The position numbers and the translations under genes were made by a program. Below, one piece after another: positions 30,109 to 40,993 of a DNA stretch of 64,000 bases (within the stretch, counting starts at the first letter, position 1; the number at the start of each line of letters is the position of its first letter). The stretch comes from an archaeon (GTDB lineage Archaea > Nanobdellota > Nanobdellia > Pacearchaeales > GW2011-AR1), in the NCBI GenBank assembly GCA_030620045.1, contig JAUXAD010000001.1, forward strand, positions 24,088-88,087. The letters are read 5' to 3'. A model generated the notes under the pieces. That model worked only from the letters and a program-made list of their open reading frames with translations. It was not told where the DNA came from and did not search any database.

Positions 30109-31204
30109 TTAATTCCTTTTCTTTTTCTTCAAATATTTTAGGCAACTTATCTTCTTTAAAACAAGATTCATTCAATACTTTCAAATATTCTTCATCATTC
30201 TTGTCTAATTGGATTATTTTTCGAATCATCTTTTTATATGATTTATAGTCGTTATAATCAATAAAAGACCTTGTATTAAAATATTTTTTAATATGTGGGT
30301 CTCCCCTATATATTGGAACAACTCCGGCAAGCAAGGCATTTGGAAGTTTTTCTGTAAGATATTCTTTTGCAAAACTATTTTCAAAACAAATAACAAATTT
30401 ATATTGTTTGAAAAGTTCAGAATTTTCTTTCCAACCTTTTTTAATTAAATCTTTATCTGCTTTTTTAGGCATTGGTTTTTCCTTCCCAAAAAGAATATTG
30501 AAGAGATTAATATCTGGGTTTTCTTTCCATTCATGATTAAATAGTTCATTATTCATATTATTCATTACTTTACCATACGAATCAATCTTTTTATATTTAG
30601 ACAACTTCTTAAAAAAATGAACCCTTTCCCTAGAAGAATTACTTCCTACGAGCATAGTGCAAAATTTTTTGTTTTTCAGATTATTTTTATTCTTTTTCTC
30701 TCTCTTAACTAATTTATTAAGTTTATAATAATATTCTTGTAAAAAAAAAGGAAGAACCATGGTATTTCTAGAATTATAATCTTCTGATAAGAGAAAATAT
30801 ATATTTCTAAACTCCCCTCTTTTTACTTTCTTTAAAACATCTATATAACCAGAGAAAAAATATATAAATGGAAATCCAGAGATAAATTTAGGAAAAAAAC
30901 CATCTAAAAGATCTATTACTTTATATTTTTTATCTCTAATTAATAGATGTAAGATTGATTCTATTATTGAAAAAAGATTTCTTTTAAAGGATAAATTTTC
31001 TCCAGAAATAATTATATTTTTTTTATTCTGATCAAGATAATCATTTTGGCGATGCATAACTACTGGCCCGATAATTAATTGAGCATTTTTTTTGTTATTA
31101 ACAATTTCAACATTAAAATTATCTAAGAGAACTTTTATAGGAAAATAATTTTTAATGTTTATTTCAGGAAAATTTATAAAAAAAACTTTAATTTTTTTAT
31201 TCAT
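30071..31204 (-). CDS. GT10 fucosyltransferase-like protein
   Basis: YKFVICFENS...YLTEKL...VPIYRG. Confidence 0.85.
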   Translation of the reverse strand: MNKKIKVFFINFPEINIKNYFPIKVLLDNFNVEIVNNKKNAQLIIGPVVMHRQNDYLDQNKKNIIISGENLSFKRNLFSIIESILHLLIRDKKYKVIDLLDGFFPKFISGFPFIYFFSGYIDVLKKVKRGEFRNIYFLLSEDYNSRNTMVLPFFLQEYYYKLNKLVKREKKNKNNLKNKKFCTMLVGSNSSRERVHFFKKLSKYKKIDSYGKVMNNMNNELFNHEWKENPDINLFNILFGKEKPMPKKADKDLIKKGWKENSELFKQYKFVICFENSFAKEYLTEKLPNALLAGVVPIYRGDPHIKKYFNTRSFIDYNDYKSYKKMIRKIIQLDKNDEEYLKVLNESCFKEDKLPKIFEEKEKELIDFYRRVIYGKR

Positions 31205-31233
31205 TTTATATCTTTAATCTGAGAAAAATGTTT

Positions 31234-32289
31234 TTAAAAATTATTTTTTTTAAGAACATTACAAATCTCATTTAATATGTCATCGATATCAAATTTATAA
31301 TTCCATTCAGGATAATGATTTTTAAATTTAGTTACATCTGAAATATACCAAATATGGTCTCCTGAACGATTATTATCTAAATATTCTATGTTTCCTTTTT
31401 TTCCTAATATATGCTCAATTTTTTTTATTGCTTCTTTCATTGAGATATTAGAATGCCTAGAACCTCCAATATTATATACTTCTCCTATACGAGGATTTAA
31501 ATAAAAATGGTAAAAGGCGTTCACTAAATCATAAGAGTGAATATTATCTCTTACCTGTTTACCCTTATAACCAAAAATAGTATATTTTTTACCTGTTGCA
31601 ATACACTTTACTAAATATACTAAAAAACCATGCAATTCTGCGGCACTATGTGCTGGACCAGTTAAACAACCCCCTCTAAAACAAACAGTCTTTAAATTAA
31701 AATATCTACCATATTCTTGAACTAAGATATCTGCAGCAACTTTAGATGCTCCAAAGATACTATGCTTAGAATGATCAATTGACATTTTTTCATTTATCCC
31801 CTCTTTTGCATATTTATGAGACTCATCAATCTCATAACGATCTTCTAATTCAATGAGGGGTAGCTTATTTGGAGTATCACCATAAACTTTGTTTGTTGAT
31901 GTAAAAATAAATACAGCCTTAGGACAATAGTTTCTAAAATTTTCCAATAGATTTAATGTTCCATTTGCATTTATTTCGAAATCCGTAAAAGGTTCCCTAA
32001 CTGCCCAGTCATGCGATGGTTGTGCTGCACAATGTATGATCAGATCAAATTTGTTTATTTTAAATAATTCTTCTATTTTTTCTTTGTCTCTTATGTCGAT
32101 ATTTAAATGAATATAATTTGTGTGCGTTTTAAGTTTTGAGATGTTCCATAAATTGTCACCATCATCTCCAAAAAAATATTTTCTCATATTATTGTCTATA
32201 CCGAATACTAAAAATCCCTTTTGAATGAAAAATTTTACCGCTTCGGATCCGATTAATCCTCCTGATCCCGTTATTAAAATTTTTTTCAT
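31234..32289 (-). CDS. NAD-dependent sugar epimerase (CDP-paratose 2-epimerase-like)
   Basis: [21 protein letters not shown]. Confidence 0.88.
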   Translation of the reverse strand: MKKILITGSGGLIGSEAVKFFIQKGFLVFGIDNNMRKYFFGDDGDNLWNISKLKTHTNYIHLNIDIRDKEKIEELFKINKFDLIIHCAAQPSHDWAVREPFTDFEINANGTLNLLENFRNYCPKAVFIFTSTNKVYGDTPNKLPLIELEDRYEIDESHKYAKEGINEKMSIDHSKHSIFGASKVAADILVQEYGRYFNLKTVCFRGGCLTGPAHSAAELHGFLVYLVKCIATGKKYTIFGYKGKQVRDNIHSYDLVNAFYHFYLNPRIGEVYNIGGSRHSNISMKEAIKKIEHILGKKGNIEYLDNNRSGDHIWYISDVTKFKNHYPEWNYKFDIDDILNEICNVLKKNNF

Positions 32290-32461
32290 AAACTCAGAAT
32301 CATATAGTAATTTAAATACTTAACTATGTTATAATACAGATTTTAACTATATCTATATGTAAAATTGTTTCTTCTTTTTACTATTTTTACAAAAGTTCTC
32401 ATTAAATCAAAAATTTCTGAAATATTTTTATTCTTTTTTTTCATTTTAAAACTTTCTCATA

Positions 32462-32590
32462 AAATTTAATCAAATCTTTTCTATTTTTTGCAATTATCTG
32501 ATCAAACTTATTCAGTATTATTTTTGTAGGAGAAAATTCTCCTGCATCTTTTTTGCTAATGTTACTTAAGAAAACACTTTCATTTTTGGA
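32462..32590 (-). pseudogene. possible glycosyltransferase C-terminal remnant
   Basis: Broken reading LSNISKKDAGEFS / IILNKFDQIIAKIEKI* resembles a GT4 terminal helix. Confidence 0.3.
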
Positions 32591-32604
32591 TTTGTTTTTT
32601 ATAC

Positions 32605-33381
32605 TCATTTTCGGTTTTCTAATGGGATAAATGCTTTACGATTGACTTCAACAAAATTCTTTTTATTGCCTTTTGATGCAATAAAGTACCCTCCGTAAGA
32701 TTTAGATAATTTGAAGAACCATCTATTTTTCTGACCCAACTTATAATCCATTTCTGATATTTTCTTTAGATAATTTATTCTTAATTTTAAACTTATTTTG
32801 GATAATATTAATGAAGGTATTGCAAAAATTTTTGATAAAGAAATCAATAATCCTCCCCTTGTAATCACTCTTTCAATCCTAAATCCTGAATGTTCTAAAA
32901 GTCTTTTCATTGTTTTTTGTGTGTGCATTCTAACATGATATTCTGCATGGTCATCGTAATAGGGAATAGTTATGATTAGTTTTCCATCTCTCTTTAAAAT
33001 CCTTCTTACTTCTTTTAAAGCCTCCAAATCTTCAAATATATGTTCTATAATCTCTCCCATGATTACAGCATCAAAGGTTTCATTTTTGAAAATTTGTTTT
33101 TTTGTTATATCACCAATTACCAAATTAGGAACATTTTGTTTACCTAAATCCAGATTTACGATTTCTTTTCCTAGTGCATTAAGAAAATGATAATCCCTTC
33201 CCCATAAGCACCCTACTATTAGGATTTTTTTCTTATTCCCGACAAGCCTAGAAATTATATAAGCTCCTTCGAAATCTCTAAGTCCAAGAAGCTTTTTTTT
33301 AACTTCTCTTTCCAATTTGTCAATTTTTTCTATATCTATTTTCATCATAAAAGATTTTCTTTTTTCTTTTCTTTTTGACAT
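32605..33381 (-). CDS. SAM methyltransferase type 11 (start uncertain)
   Basis: FDAVIMGEIIEH, RILKRDGKLIITIP. Confidence 0.8.
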   Translation of the reverse strand: MSKRKEKRKSFMMKIDIEKIDKLEREVKKKLLGLRDFEGAYIISRLVGNKKKILIVGCLWGRDYHFLNALGKEIVNLDLGKQNVPNLVIGDITKKQIFKNETFDAVIMGEIIEHIFEDLEALKEVRRILKRDGKLIITIPYYDDHAEYHVRMHTQKTMKRLLEHSGFRIERVITRGGLLISLSKIFAIPSLILSKISLKLRINYLKKISEMDYKLGQKNRWFFKLSKSYGGYFIASKGNKKNFVEVNRKAFIPLENRK

Positions 33382-33394
33382 TTTTAGATGAAAA

Positions 33395-34122
33395 TCATTT
33401 TTTATAACCAAATCTTTCAAAATCTTCCTTATATCTTTCATAGATTATCTTTTTTAATTCAGGTGTATAGTGATCTTCAAGTTTGCTTTTTTAGAAGTTA
33501 TATTTTTATTTTTTAGATTTTTCACTTTATCAAACCCTAATAAATTGGAAATAAAGGACCAGTCTTTTTCAAAGTCTTCTAGCTTCCCAATAAAATCCAT
33601 CTTTAAACCATTCCCCTCAATCAATTCCCCATAAGATTTTAAATGATAATCTGTTAACCGGTCAGGTATTTTTGAAGTTATTTTAACAAATTCTTCAAAA
33701 GATAGATCCTTTCCACTAATCTTATTTAAAACCCCATTGAATTGATAAATATATTTAGATGTAGCATTTCTTTTAATCTTGTCTGTATATGCAGACAAGA
33801 CTCTTGCATATGGATTTCTTACAAATGTAAAGAAGAAATTATTTTTATTCAATCTTTTGATTCTTTTTTTGTCTCCGAGGTAGATCCGTTCTCCTGGATA
33901 TTTATTTCTTATTGCAATTACTATTGTTGAATTTGCGCATTTGCCTATTCCGAGATAATAGGCATAATCTCCACATTTAATGAAAGGAGGTTCTTCTCCC
34001 GCAGTCTTTCCTCTTAATTTTAAAAAAGAAATATAGGGCATAGCCATAAGCCTATGCAATAAAAATGGAGAGTTCCAAAGTTTCCTAAACCCCTTTCCCA
34101 TTTTTTCAATTTGTTTTACCAT
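33395..34122 (-). CDS. sulfotransferase family 2, frameshift at ~33487-33492
   Basis: KCANSTI, FVRNPYARVLSAY; terminal YTPELKKIIYERYKEDFERFGY in another frame. Confidence 0.85.
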
Positions 34123-35302
34123 TTAAAATCCTCCGATACTCTTTAACCAATCTTTCACCATAATTTTCCCACGAGTATTTTTCAACCAATTTCCTTGCAT
34201 TTCTTCCCATTTTTTTAACAATTTTAGGATTATTATAGAAATAAAAGATTTTATCTTTTAAAATTTTTAAATCTCTAATTGGAATAATAAATCCCTCCTT
34301 CCCATCTCTAGCGACAGTTCCAGAGTTAAAAGTCGTAACCATAGGTAATCCTGACGCCATAGCTTCATATGTTACCAAAGCCGAACCTTCTTCCACCGTA
34401 GGAAAAACAAAAATATCTGAAGCCCTCAAATGCGAAGAAGTATTAGAATCAAACCCCGTAAATTTTATAGTGGGATTATTTTTGTATCTATCCACTATCC
34501 TTGCCGTGTCTGGCCAGACCCTTCCAACAACAACCAACTCAGCATTCTTTAATCGCAACTCTTCCCACGCCTGAAGCATATATTGTATACCTTTTCTCAA
34601 CTGAAGCGACCCCACAAAAATCGCACGAAATTTAGAATCCTTCTTTATCTTCCCCGCAGGAAACTTTTCTAAATCAACCCCATAAGGGATAAGAACAAGT
34701 TTATCTTCAGAGAAACCGTTTTCCAAAAAAGAATTATAAACAAATTTCGAAGGACATATCACATAGTCATACAACTTATACGTTTCCAGCACACTCTTCA
34801 GCTTATGTTTATAATAAGGGTCTGAAACACCATATTTTTTATTTTCATATTTAAGAATATTGCTCGCATTTAATATATGACTATTCGCCCCCTCTAAAAT
34901 TAATATCGAACCAAATTTCTTAGCTTTTCTAATCGCTTCTGGAGCAAGGTCTGTCCAGGTATGATATATCTTACATTTAGGTAAGTTACGCGCAACCCCC
35001 TTCCCAAAAAAATAATTGACATGCTTAAATGGATCAATATTAAGATTTAATTTCTTTTGAAGAAATCTCAGAGGAAACGACAAAGTTTCCAAATAACCAA
35101 ACGACTTAATATTTTTTTTATTTAATTTAAGTTTTTTATCATACCCTCTACAAAAAATCTTATAAGTTAATCCAGAATCTTCCAAATGCTTAACTATATT
35201 ATATGCGATCATACCTATCCCAGTACTACCAAGTTTCGAACCAATAACATAAACAACGTCTACCTCCTTTCTAGTATCATTAACATTATCCACATTTTTC
35301 AT
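34106..35302 (-). CDS. GT4 glycosyltransferase
   Basis: EEGSALVTYEAMASGLP. Confidence 0.9.
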   Translation of the reverse strand: MKNVDNVNDTRKEVDVVYVIGSKLGSTGIGMIAYNIVKHLEDSGLTYKIFCRGYDKKLKLNKKNIKSFGYLETLSFPLRFLQKKLNLNIDPFKHVNYFFGKGVARNLPKCKIYHTWTDLAPEAIRKAKKFGSILILEGANSHILNASNILKYENKKYGVSDPYYKHKLKSVLETYKLYDYVICPSKFVYNSFLENGFSEDKLVLIPYGVDLEKFPAGKIKKDSKFRAIFVGSLQLRKGIQYMLQAWEELRLKNAELVVVGRVWPDTARIVDRYKNNPTIKFTGFDSNTSSHLRASDIFVFPTVEEGSALVTYEAMASGLPMVTTFNSGTVARDGKEGFIIPIRDLKILKDKIFYFYNNPKIVKKMGRNARKLVEKYSWENYGERLVKEYRRILNGKTN

Positions 35303-36279
35303 TTTATCTTTATACCAAAAGAAGTCATAACCCTCTTTATATATTTAGTTAATCCAGTTTTTCTAACAATTTTTTTCGTATTATTAATTAAATTTTCTTT
35401 CGAATAAACTCCAATACACCCGTCACAGTCATAACAGAGCGTTCCTTTCGCACCATTTTTAAAAGCCTTTCTTATTCTCTTGAATTCTTCTCCCTTAAAC
35501 AAAGAAGTATAAGAAGCAGTTAAAAGATTTCCAAGCGTATGCCTCTGCCCATAATCCGCGTTGCAGAATCCAACTGATCCATCCGGATACACATCATTAT
35601 GATTCAAATATTTCGAATTCTTACACAAAACCAATTTCCCTCTACTTTTTATTTTTGATTTTATATGCGAAACATTTCCAGCCCTATTATACAAAGGAAA
35701 TTTTAATGCAGTGATATTATTCTTTTTTAAAATTGGTATAATTTTCTTATGAAGCGAACCATAATATGTGAATGTGCAATTCTTTAACGGATTCTTCGCG
35801 ACCCTATCCAATATTCTTAAATAATCACCGTCTACTTTCATATTAGTATTCCCATCATTATCCGGAAGATGAATATATGTTAATCCAAATGGAATATCAC
35901 AAATTCTTTCATAATCTTCATTCCTCATTCCTATTAATGTAGTACATAAAATCATTTGAAATCCTTTATCATTCGTATATTCAATCATCTTTGCACAATC
36001 CTTATTCAAAAACGGTTCAGCCATACCAGAAAAATCTACCCTTACATTTCTAGGAAGTTTAGCCAAAATAATTTTAAAATTTCCAAATGACATTTTTTTT
36101 ACATCCGTTCTTTTAAAATAATTATGAATCAAAGTCTTTTGAGGACAATAGCTACAATTATTTACACATCCAATCACTGTTGAAAATGCCATTAACGGAG
36201 TCTTAAAATCATCTTCCATCTCAATTTTTCCCCAAAGCCCATTTAATTGGATGCCTAATTCTTTTAACCATATTCTCAT
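35299..36279 (-). CDS. radical SAM/SPASM-domain protein (start possibly ~36219)
   Basis: CVNNCSYC, FSGMAEP, NRAGN, C-terminal cysteines. Confidence 0.85.
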   Translation of the reverse strand: MRIWLKELGIQLNGLWGKIEMEDDFKTPLMAFSTVIGCVNNCSYCPQKTLIHNYFKRTDVKKMSFGNFKIILAKLPRNVRVDFSGMAEPFLNKDCAKMIEYTNDKGFQMILCTTLIGMRNEDYERICDIPFGLTYIHLPDNDGNTNMKVDGDYLRILDRVAKNPLKNCTFTYYGSLHKKIIPILKKNNITALKFPLYNRAGNVSHIKSKIKSRGKLVLCKNSKYLNHNDVYPDGSVGFCNADYGQRHTLGNLLTASYTSLFKGEEFKRIRKAFKNGAKGTLCYDCDGCIGVYSKENLINNTKKIVRKTGLTKYIKRVMTSFGIKIK

Positions 36280-36913
36280 ACCTTACTTTTTGCAAATAGA
36301 GTTTAGGATGAACCATTGATAGAACCGACTCCTCAAATTTCATTTTATTAAGATTATAATTCTTCCTAACAAACAACATAATATTCTGTGCATACCAAAA
36401 ACTTACCTCATTATTATTCCATATTTTCTTACGAATAATATCAATAGGAAAATATTCCTTCTCCTTAAACAATTCAGCCCAATATTTCAACCACTGCTCA
36501 TTAACATGATTTGTCCCGCCTTGATAGGGAATTGCAGCCGAAAATAAAATAATCGGAGCAAGATTCGTAAGACTTTCAACAAAACCTTTCGCAGAATTTT
36601 TAGATAAATGCTCCGCAACTTCCAAACAAACTGCCAAATCAAATTTCCTATCTATCTCCAAAGGTTTTTCTAAATCCACAACTCTAAAATCTTTTTCAGA
36701 AATAAGTAATCTTTCTTTCTTTACCCATTTCCCGTCTACACCAAATATATCACTAACACCCTCTTTCTCAAAAACACTCAAAAATCCACCAAGCCCACAA
36801 CTTACATCTATCACACTCTTCGGTTTAATTAATTCCATAACCAACGGAACAATAACCTTCGCAGAAACTAAAGAAGATTCAAGTTCATCATAAAATTTAT
36901 CGGTATATTTCAT
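36221..36913 (-). CDS. SAM methyltransferase, paralogue of 24295-25083
   Basis: LEVAEHL, GGTNHVNEQ, WYAQN. Confidence 0.88.
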   Translation of the reverse strand: MKYTDKFYDELESSLVSAKVIVPLVMELIKPKSVIDVSCGLGGFLSVFEKEGVSDIFGVDGKWVKKERLLISEKDFRVVDLEKPLEIDRKFDLAVCLEVAEHLSKNSAKGFVESLTNLAPIILFSAAIPYQGGTNHVNEQWLKYWAELFKEKEYFPIDIIRKKIWNNNEVSFWYAQNIMLFVRKNYNLNKMKFEESVLSMVHPKLYLQKVRYENMVKRIRHPIKWALGKN

Positions 36914-37742
36914 TTCTCAAACTCTACAATAAGCAGCCACCCCCATTTTTTTTTCATCCAATCCACAACCTTCCTCGGCAAAAAAGAAATCATTCGAGTC
37001 CCATATGAGTAATCGAAATTCTCTTCACTCTTAAACCTACCCTTTCCAATTCTTTCCCTAATTCCTTAGGACTAAAATGCCTATGATAAAACCCATCGGT
37101 ATAAAAATCCTGTACCCTTTCAAAATCATATCCCCTAAAAATCTTCCATCTCAATAGCAACCAATACAAACCATTCACATAATATCTCAAACTATTTTTA
37201 TTATAAACCATAATCAATCCACCTCCACCTTTCTTTAAAACCCTTGAAACTTCCTCAAATGCTCTAGATGTGTTCTCTGAATGATGCAAAACCCCCCACG
37301 AAAAAACAAAATCAAAAGCATTTGCAGAAAAACTCAAACTCTCCGCATCTTCTCGATGAACTTCCAACTTCAAATTTTGAGTTCTCGCATTTTCTTTTGT
37401 AATATTCACCCCATTCTCCGTAATATCTACCGAAGTTATTTTCGCCCCGCCCTTAGCAAACAAACAAGAAGCTGCACCAGAACCACACCCAATTTCTAAA
37501 ACTAATTTATTCTTTAACCCCCCAAAATTAAACTCATCACGAACAAACGGATTCCCATACAAAAATTCTTTTTCAATTTTCAAAAAATCTTCCTTTGTCG
37601 TCGGGATTCTCTCCTTCCCTTCCCAGTCAACATAAGTCATAGGTAACGATTCCCACCAAAGCCGATTTTTCTCCTGTTTATCCGAAACCTCTTTCGACAA
37701 ATTATCCGAAACCTCTTTCATTATCCTAACCCTGTTTCTCAT
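36910..37742 (-). CDS. SAM methyltransferase, paralogue of 18373-19215, frameshift at ~37000
   Basis: LEIGCGSGAASCLFAKGGAK identical to paralogue; tail TRMISFLPRKVVDWMKKKWGWLLIVEFEK* in another frame. Confidence 0.88.
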
Positions 37743-38733
37743 TTCTTATTTCTCCATCATAAGCACTTTTTATTATATCATGAATATCTCTTAAAGGCTT
37801 CCATCTCAACAAATTCTCAGCTTTTCTAAAAGTCGCCAACAAAACTGGCGGGTCCCCAGCATTCCCCTCCTTAAAAACAATTCTAGCCTTTTTACCAGAA
37901 ACTTCTTCAACTATCTTCACAAGCTCAAGAAGACTATTCCCCTTATTAGTTCCCAAATTAAACGAATCCGAAGACCCCCCTTCCTCTAAAAATTTCAAGG
38001 CCCTAAAGTGAGCATCAACAAGATCCGAAACATGAATAAAATCCCTCACGCAAGTCCCATCCACAGTATCATAATCCTTCCCAAAAATCTTAATTTCCTT
38101 ATCCTCCAAAATCAATTTTATTATCAAAGGTATTATGTGAGTCTCTGGATTATGATTCTCACCTAAACCAAAACTCACCCCCCCAACATTAAAATATCTC
38201 AAAAGCACATAATTTATTTTATAAATCTTATTATACCACTTCAAAATTTTTTCTATCATCAACTTACTCTCACCATAAGGATTAATTGGCTTCTGACAAC
38301 AATTTTCTTCTATCGGAATTGTCGCAGGAATACCGTAAGTCGCACAAGAAGAAGAGAAAATTATTTTCTTTACATTTTTCTCCTTCATCATCTCAAGAAG
38401 ATTAATCGAGCCACAAACATTATTATAAAAATATTTTCCAGGAAATTCCATACTCTCTCTAACATAAGCATTCCCAGCAAAATGAAAGACGACATCAATA
38501 TCATACCTATCAAACACCTCCCTAACTTTTTCCCTATTCAACAAATCTCCCTCGACAAAAATTATTTCTGCAGGCAAAAATCTCCTATTCCCTCCCTCAG
38601 ATAAATTATCCAAAACAATTATATCTTCTTTCTTAATTCCTTTTTCCATTAAAAGAAAAACCATATGACTTCCAATATACCCAGCTCCCCCAGTAACCAA
38701 AATTTTACCCATACATTTCTTATAAAGATTCAT
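37726..38733 (-). CDS. galE: UDP-glucose 4-epimerase
   Basis: GGAGYIGSH, PYGESK, DGTCVRDFIHV. Confidence 0.93.
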   Translation of the reverse strand: MNLYKKCMGKILVTGGAGYIGSHMVFLLMEKGIKKEDIIVLDNLSEGGNRRFLPAEIIFVEGDLLNREKVREVFDRYDIDVVFHFAGNAYVRESMEFPGKYFYNNVCGSINLLEMMKEKNVKKIIFSSSCATYGIPATIPIEENCCQKPINPYGESKLMIEKILKWYNKIYKINYVLLRYFNVGGVSFGLGENHNPETHIIPLIIKLILEDKEIKIFGKDYDTVDGTCVRDFIHVSDLVDAHFRALKFLEEGGSSDSFNLGTNKGNSLLELVKIVEEVSGKKARIVFKEGNAGDPPVLLATFRKAENLLRWKPLRDIHDIIKSAYDGEIRNEKQG

Positions 38734-39314
38734 TTAATAAACCTTATGACTTCGGCCGCTTCAATTAAATCTTTTACTACAAAATCCGGCTTAATATTAT
38801 CATCTTTCTTATTATTCCCCAATAAAATAGTTTTCACCCCGATTTTATTTCCAAAATCTAAATCCGATAAGTTATCTCCGATCATATAAGATTTTTCCAA
38901 TTTAATCAGGGGATAATCTTTTTTTATTTCCTTAAATAATCCTATTTTCGGTTTTCTGCACAAGCAATTATCATCAGGGCGATGAGGACAATAATAAATT
39001 CCTAAAAAGGTAATACCTTCATTTTTCAAGAATTCAACCAAATAGTTATTGAAAATTTTCATATCTTTTTCAGAATACAATTCCCTTCCTATTCCAGACT
39101 GATTTGTAACAATGATAAACTCAAATCCATCATTCTTTAACTTTATCAATCCATCAACGACACCATCTACTAACTTAAAATCATCAATTTTATAGGTATA
39201 ACCTTTATCCTCATTTAAGGTACCGTCTCGATCTAAAAAAATGACTTTCATAACCCTTAAATATCCCCTTTTTTTTTTAAATCTATGCAAAAAAAAATCC
39301 GTGTTCACCTTCAA
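38730..39314 (-). CDS. gmhB: GmhB-type HAD phosphatase (likely start 39251)
   Basis: FLDRDGTL, TNQSG, CPH...CRKP, IGD. Confidence 0.88.
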   Translation of the reverse strand: MKVNTDFFLHRFKKKRGYLRVMKVIFLDRDGTLNEDKGYTYKIDDFKLVDGVVDGLIKLKNDGFEFIIVTNQSGIGRELYSEKDMKIFNNYLVEFLKNEGITFLGIYYCPHRPDDNCLCRKPKIGLFKEIKKDYPLIKLEKSYMIGDNLSDLDFGNKIGVKTILLGNNKKDDNIKPDFVVKDLIEAAEVIRFIK

Positions 39315-40397
39315 TATCCATGGAAATTCCCTGACAGCTCTTATTACAAAAATATTTTAAATTTCCCCCCAGAAAACATCGAGTTTATTAACTATAAAAA
39401 ATCTTTATCAAAGAAGATGGAAGTAATCGGATCTTCAAAAAAATTCGAAGTTATGAGAAGATTGAAAAATTTCTTGCGCAAAATTTTAAGATTTTTGAGC
39501 TTACCAAATTTAACCTACTCTTTCAATAAAGATTGTGACATGATTCATTGTGCACACTGTTTAAGTTTAAACAAAAAATCTTGGGTTGTGGATACAGAAG
39601 TTTATGATCGTGTTACAGCTGGAGGGTATATTGCCTATTCAAGATTAGGAAGATGGATAATAAAAAACAGACTTGAAAGTGGACATTGTAAAAAGATAAT
39701 TGCATGGTCTGAAGATTGTAAAAAAACTTTTGAGGAAGCATTTCCAAACAATAAAAAAATTTTAGATAAATTAGAGATATTACAATTTGCATTACCTATC
39801 CCAAAATTTAAAAAAATCCCGCACAAAAATTTAAGAATTCTTTTTGTCGCAAGATGGTTCGACGCAAAAGGTGGAAGACAAACACTAGAGGTATTTGAGA
39901 GGTTGTCAAAAAAATACAAAAACATAGAATGTTTGTTTATATGTTCAACTCCAAAAAAATTCAAAGATAAATATTCAAAAAACAAAAAAATAAAGATAAT
40001 GGATTTAATTCCTCAGGGAAAATTATTCAAAGAGATTTATCCTTCTTATGATATCTTTTTTTACCCTGGATTTGGTGATTCTTATGGTTTTGCAGTGCCT
40101 GAAGCCTTATCTTATGGCATTCCAGTTATATCAACAAATACTTTTGCAAAAAAAGAGCTTATCAGAGAAGGAAAAACAGGTTTTCTCATTGACTTGCCAA
40201 AAGGATGGAAAGGTTACTTTGATATGAATGAAGAATTTCTTAAGGAACTAACTGAAAAAACTTCTTTATTAATTGAAAACAAACAATTAATAGAAAAAAT
40301 GAGCAGAAACGCAGTTAAGGAAGCAAAAGAAAAATTCTCAATAGAAAAAAGAAATGAGAAATTAAGAAAAATTTATGAAGAATCTTTAAAAAATTAA
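39285..40397 (+). CDS. GT4 glycosyltransferase
   Basis: DSYGFAVPEALSYGIPVI. Confidence 0.88.
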   Translation: MQKKIRVHLQYPWKFPDSSYYKNILNFPPENIEFINYKKSLSKKMEVIGSSKKFEVMRRLKNFLRKILRFLSLPNLTYSFNKDCDMIHCAHCLSLNKKSWVVDTEVYDRVTAGGYIAYSRLGRWIIKNRLESGHCKKIIAWSEDCKKTFEEAFPNNKKILDKLEILQFALPIPKFKKIPHKNLRILFVARWFDAKGGRQTLEVFERLSKKYKNIECLFICSTPKKFKDKYSKNKKIKIMDLIPQGKLFKEIYPSYDIFFYPGFGDSYGFAVPEALSYGIPVISTNTFAKKELIREGKTGFLIDLPKGWKGYFDMNEEFLKELTEKTSLLIENKQLIEKMSRNAVKEAKEKFSIEKRNEKLRKIYEESLKN

Positions 40398-40993
40398 ATT
40401 ATTCCTTTTTCCCTAGCTTTAATTCCATCTCCTCCAAAATTGTCTCTTCTTTTTCTTAATGCTAAGACAATCCAACAATGTGGATAAAAAAACCCTATCC
40501 CTTTCCATCTTCTTCGAGTTTGAATAACCTTATATTCAAACCCTAATTTGTTAACTTGGTTTGTGATTTCTTTTAATTTCCATCTGCAAACATGGTGGTG
40601 TGTTGGCCAAATTTCTGTATATGGAACAGAGATATAACAAATCCCATCATCCTCCAATAAGTCATACACTTGAGCCATTAAATAAAGAGGATTTTTAATG
40701 TGCTCTAAGACTTCAGTTAAAAATATTGTTTTATACCCTTTTTTAATAGGCAATTTTTTTGTTATATCTACTTTTATATATTTGTGATTAAATTTGGGTT
40801 CTTTTGGAACATTTAAGTCAATGATGGTTGCCTCTTTTATCCCCTGTGATTCTAAAAAAGAACCATCCCCTCCCCCAATATCTAAAATAGGTTCTCTAGC
40901 ATAAAATTTGAAATTTTCATAGCGCTGTTTATATCCTTCTAAAATCTTTTTATTAGATTCTTCCAAAATAATATTAATACTTTTCTTTGACAT
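40394..40993 (-). CDS. SAM methyltransferase
   Basis: LDIGGGDG, EVLEHI. Confidence 0.85.
   Translation of the reverse strand: MSKKSINIILEESNKKILEGYKQRYENFKFYAREPILDIGGGDGSFLESQGIKEATIIDLNVPKEPKFNHKYIKVDITKKLPIKKGYKTIFLTEVLEHIKNPLYLMAQVYDLLEDDGICYISVPYTEIWPTHHHVCRWKLKEITNQVNKLGFEYKVIQTRRRWKGIGFFYPHCWIVLALRKRRDNFGGDGIKAREKGII

Noticed and set aside
37681-37718. Short direct repeat encoding KEVSD twice
   Set aside because: Simple local in-frame duplication, no further structure
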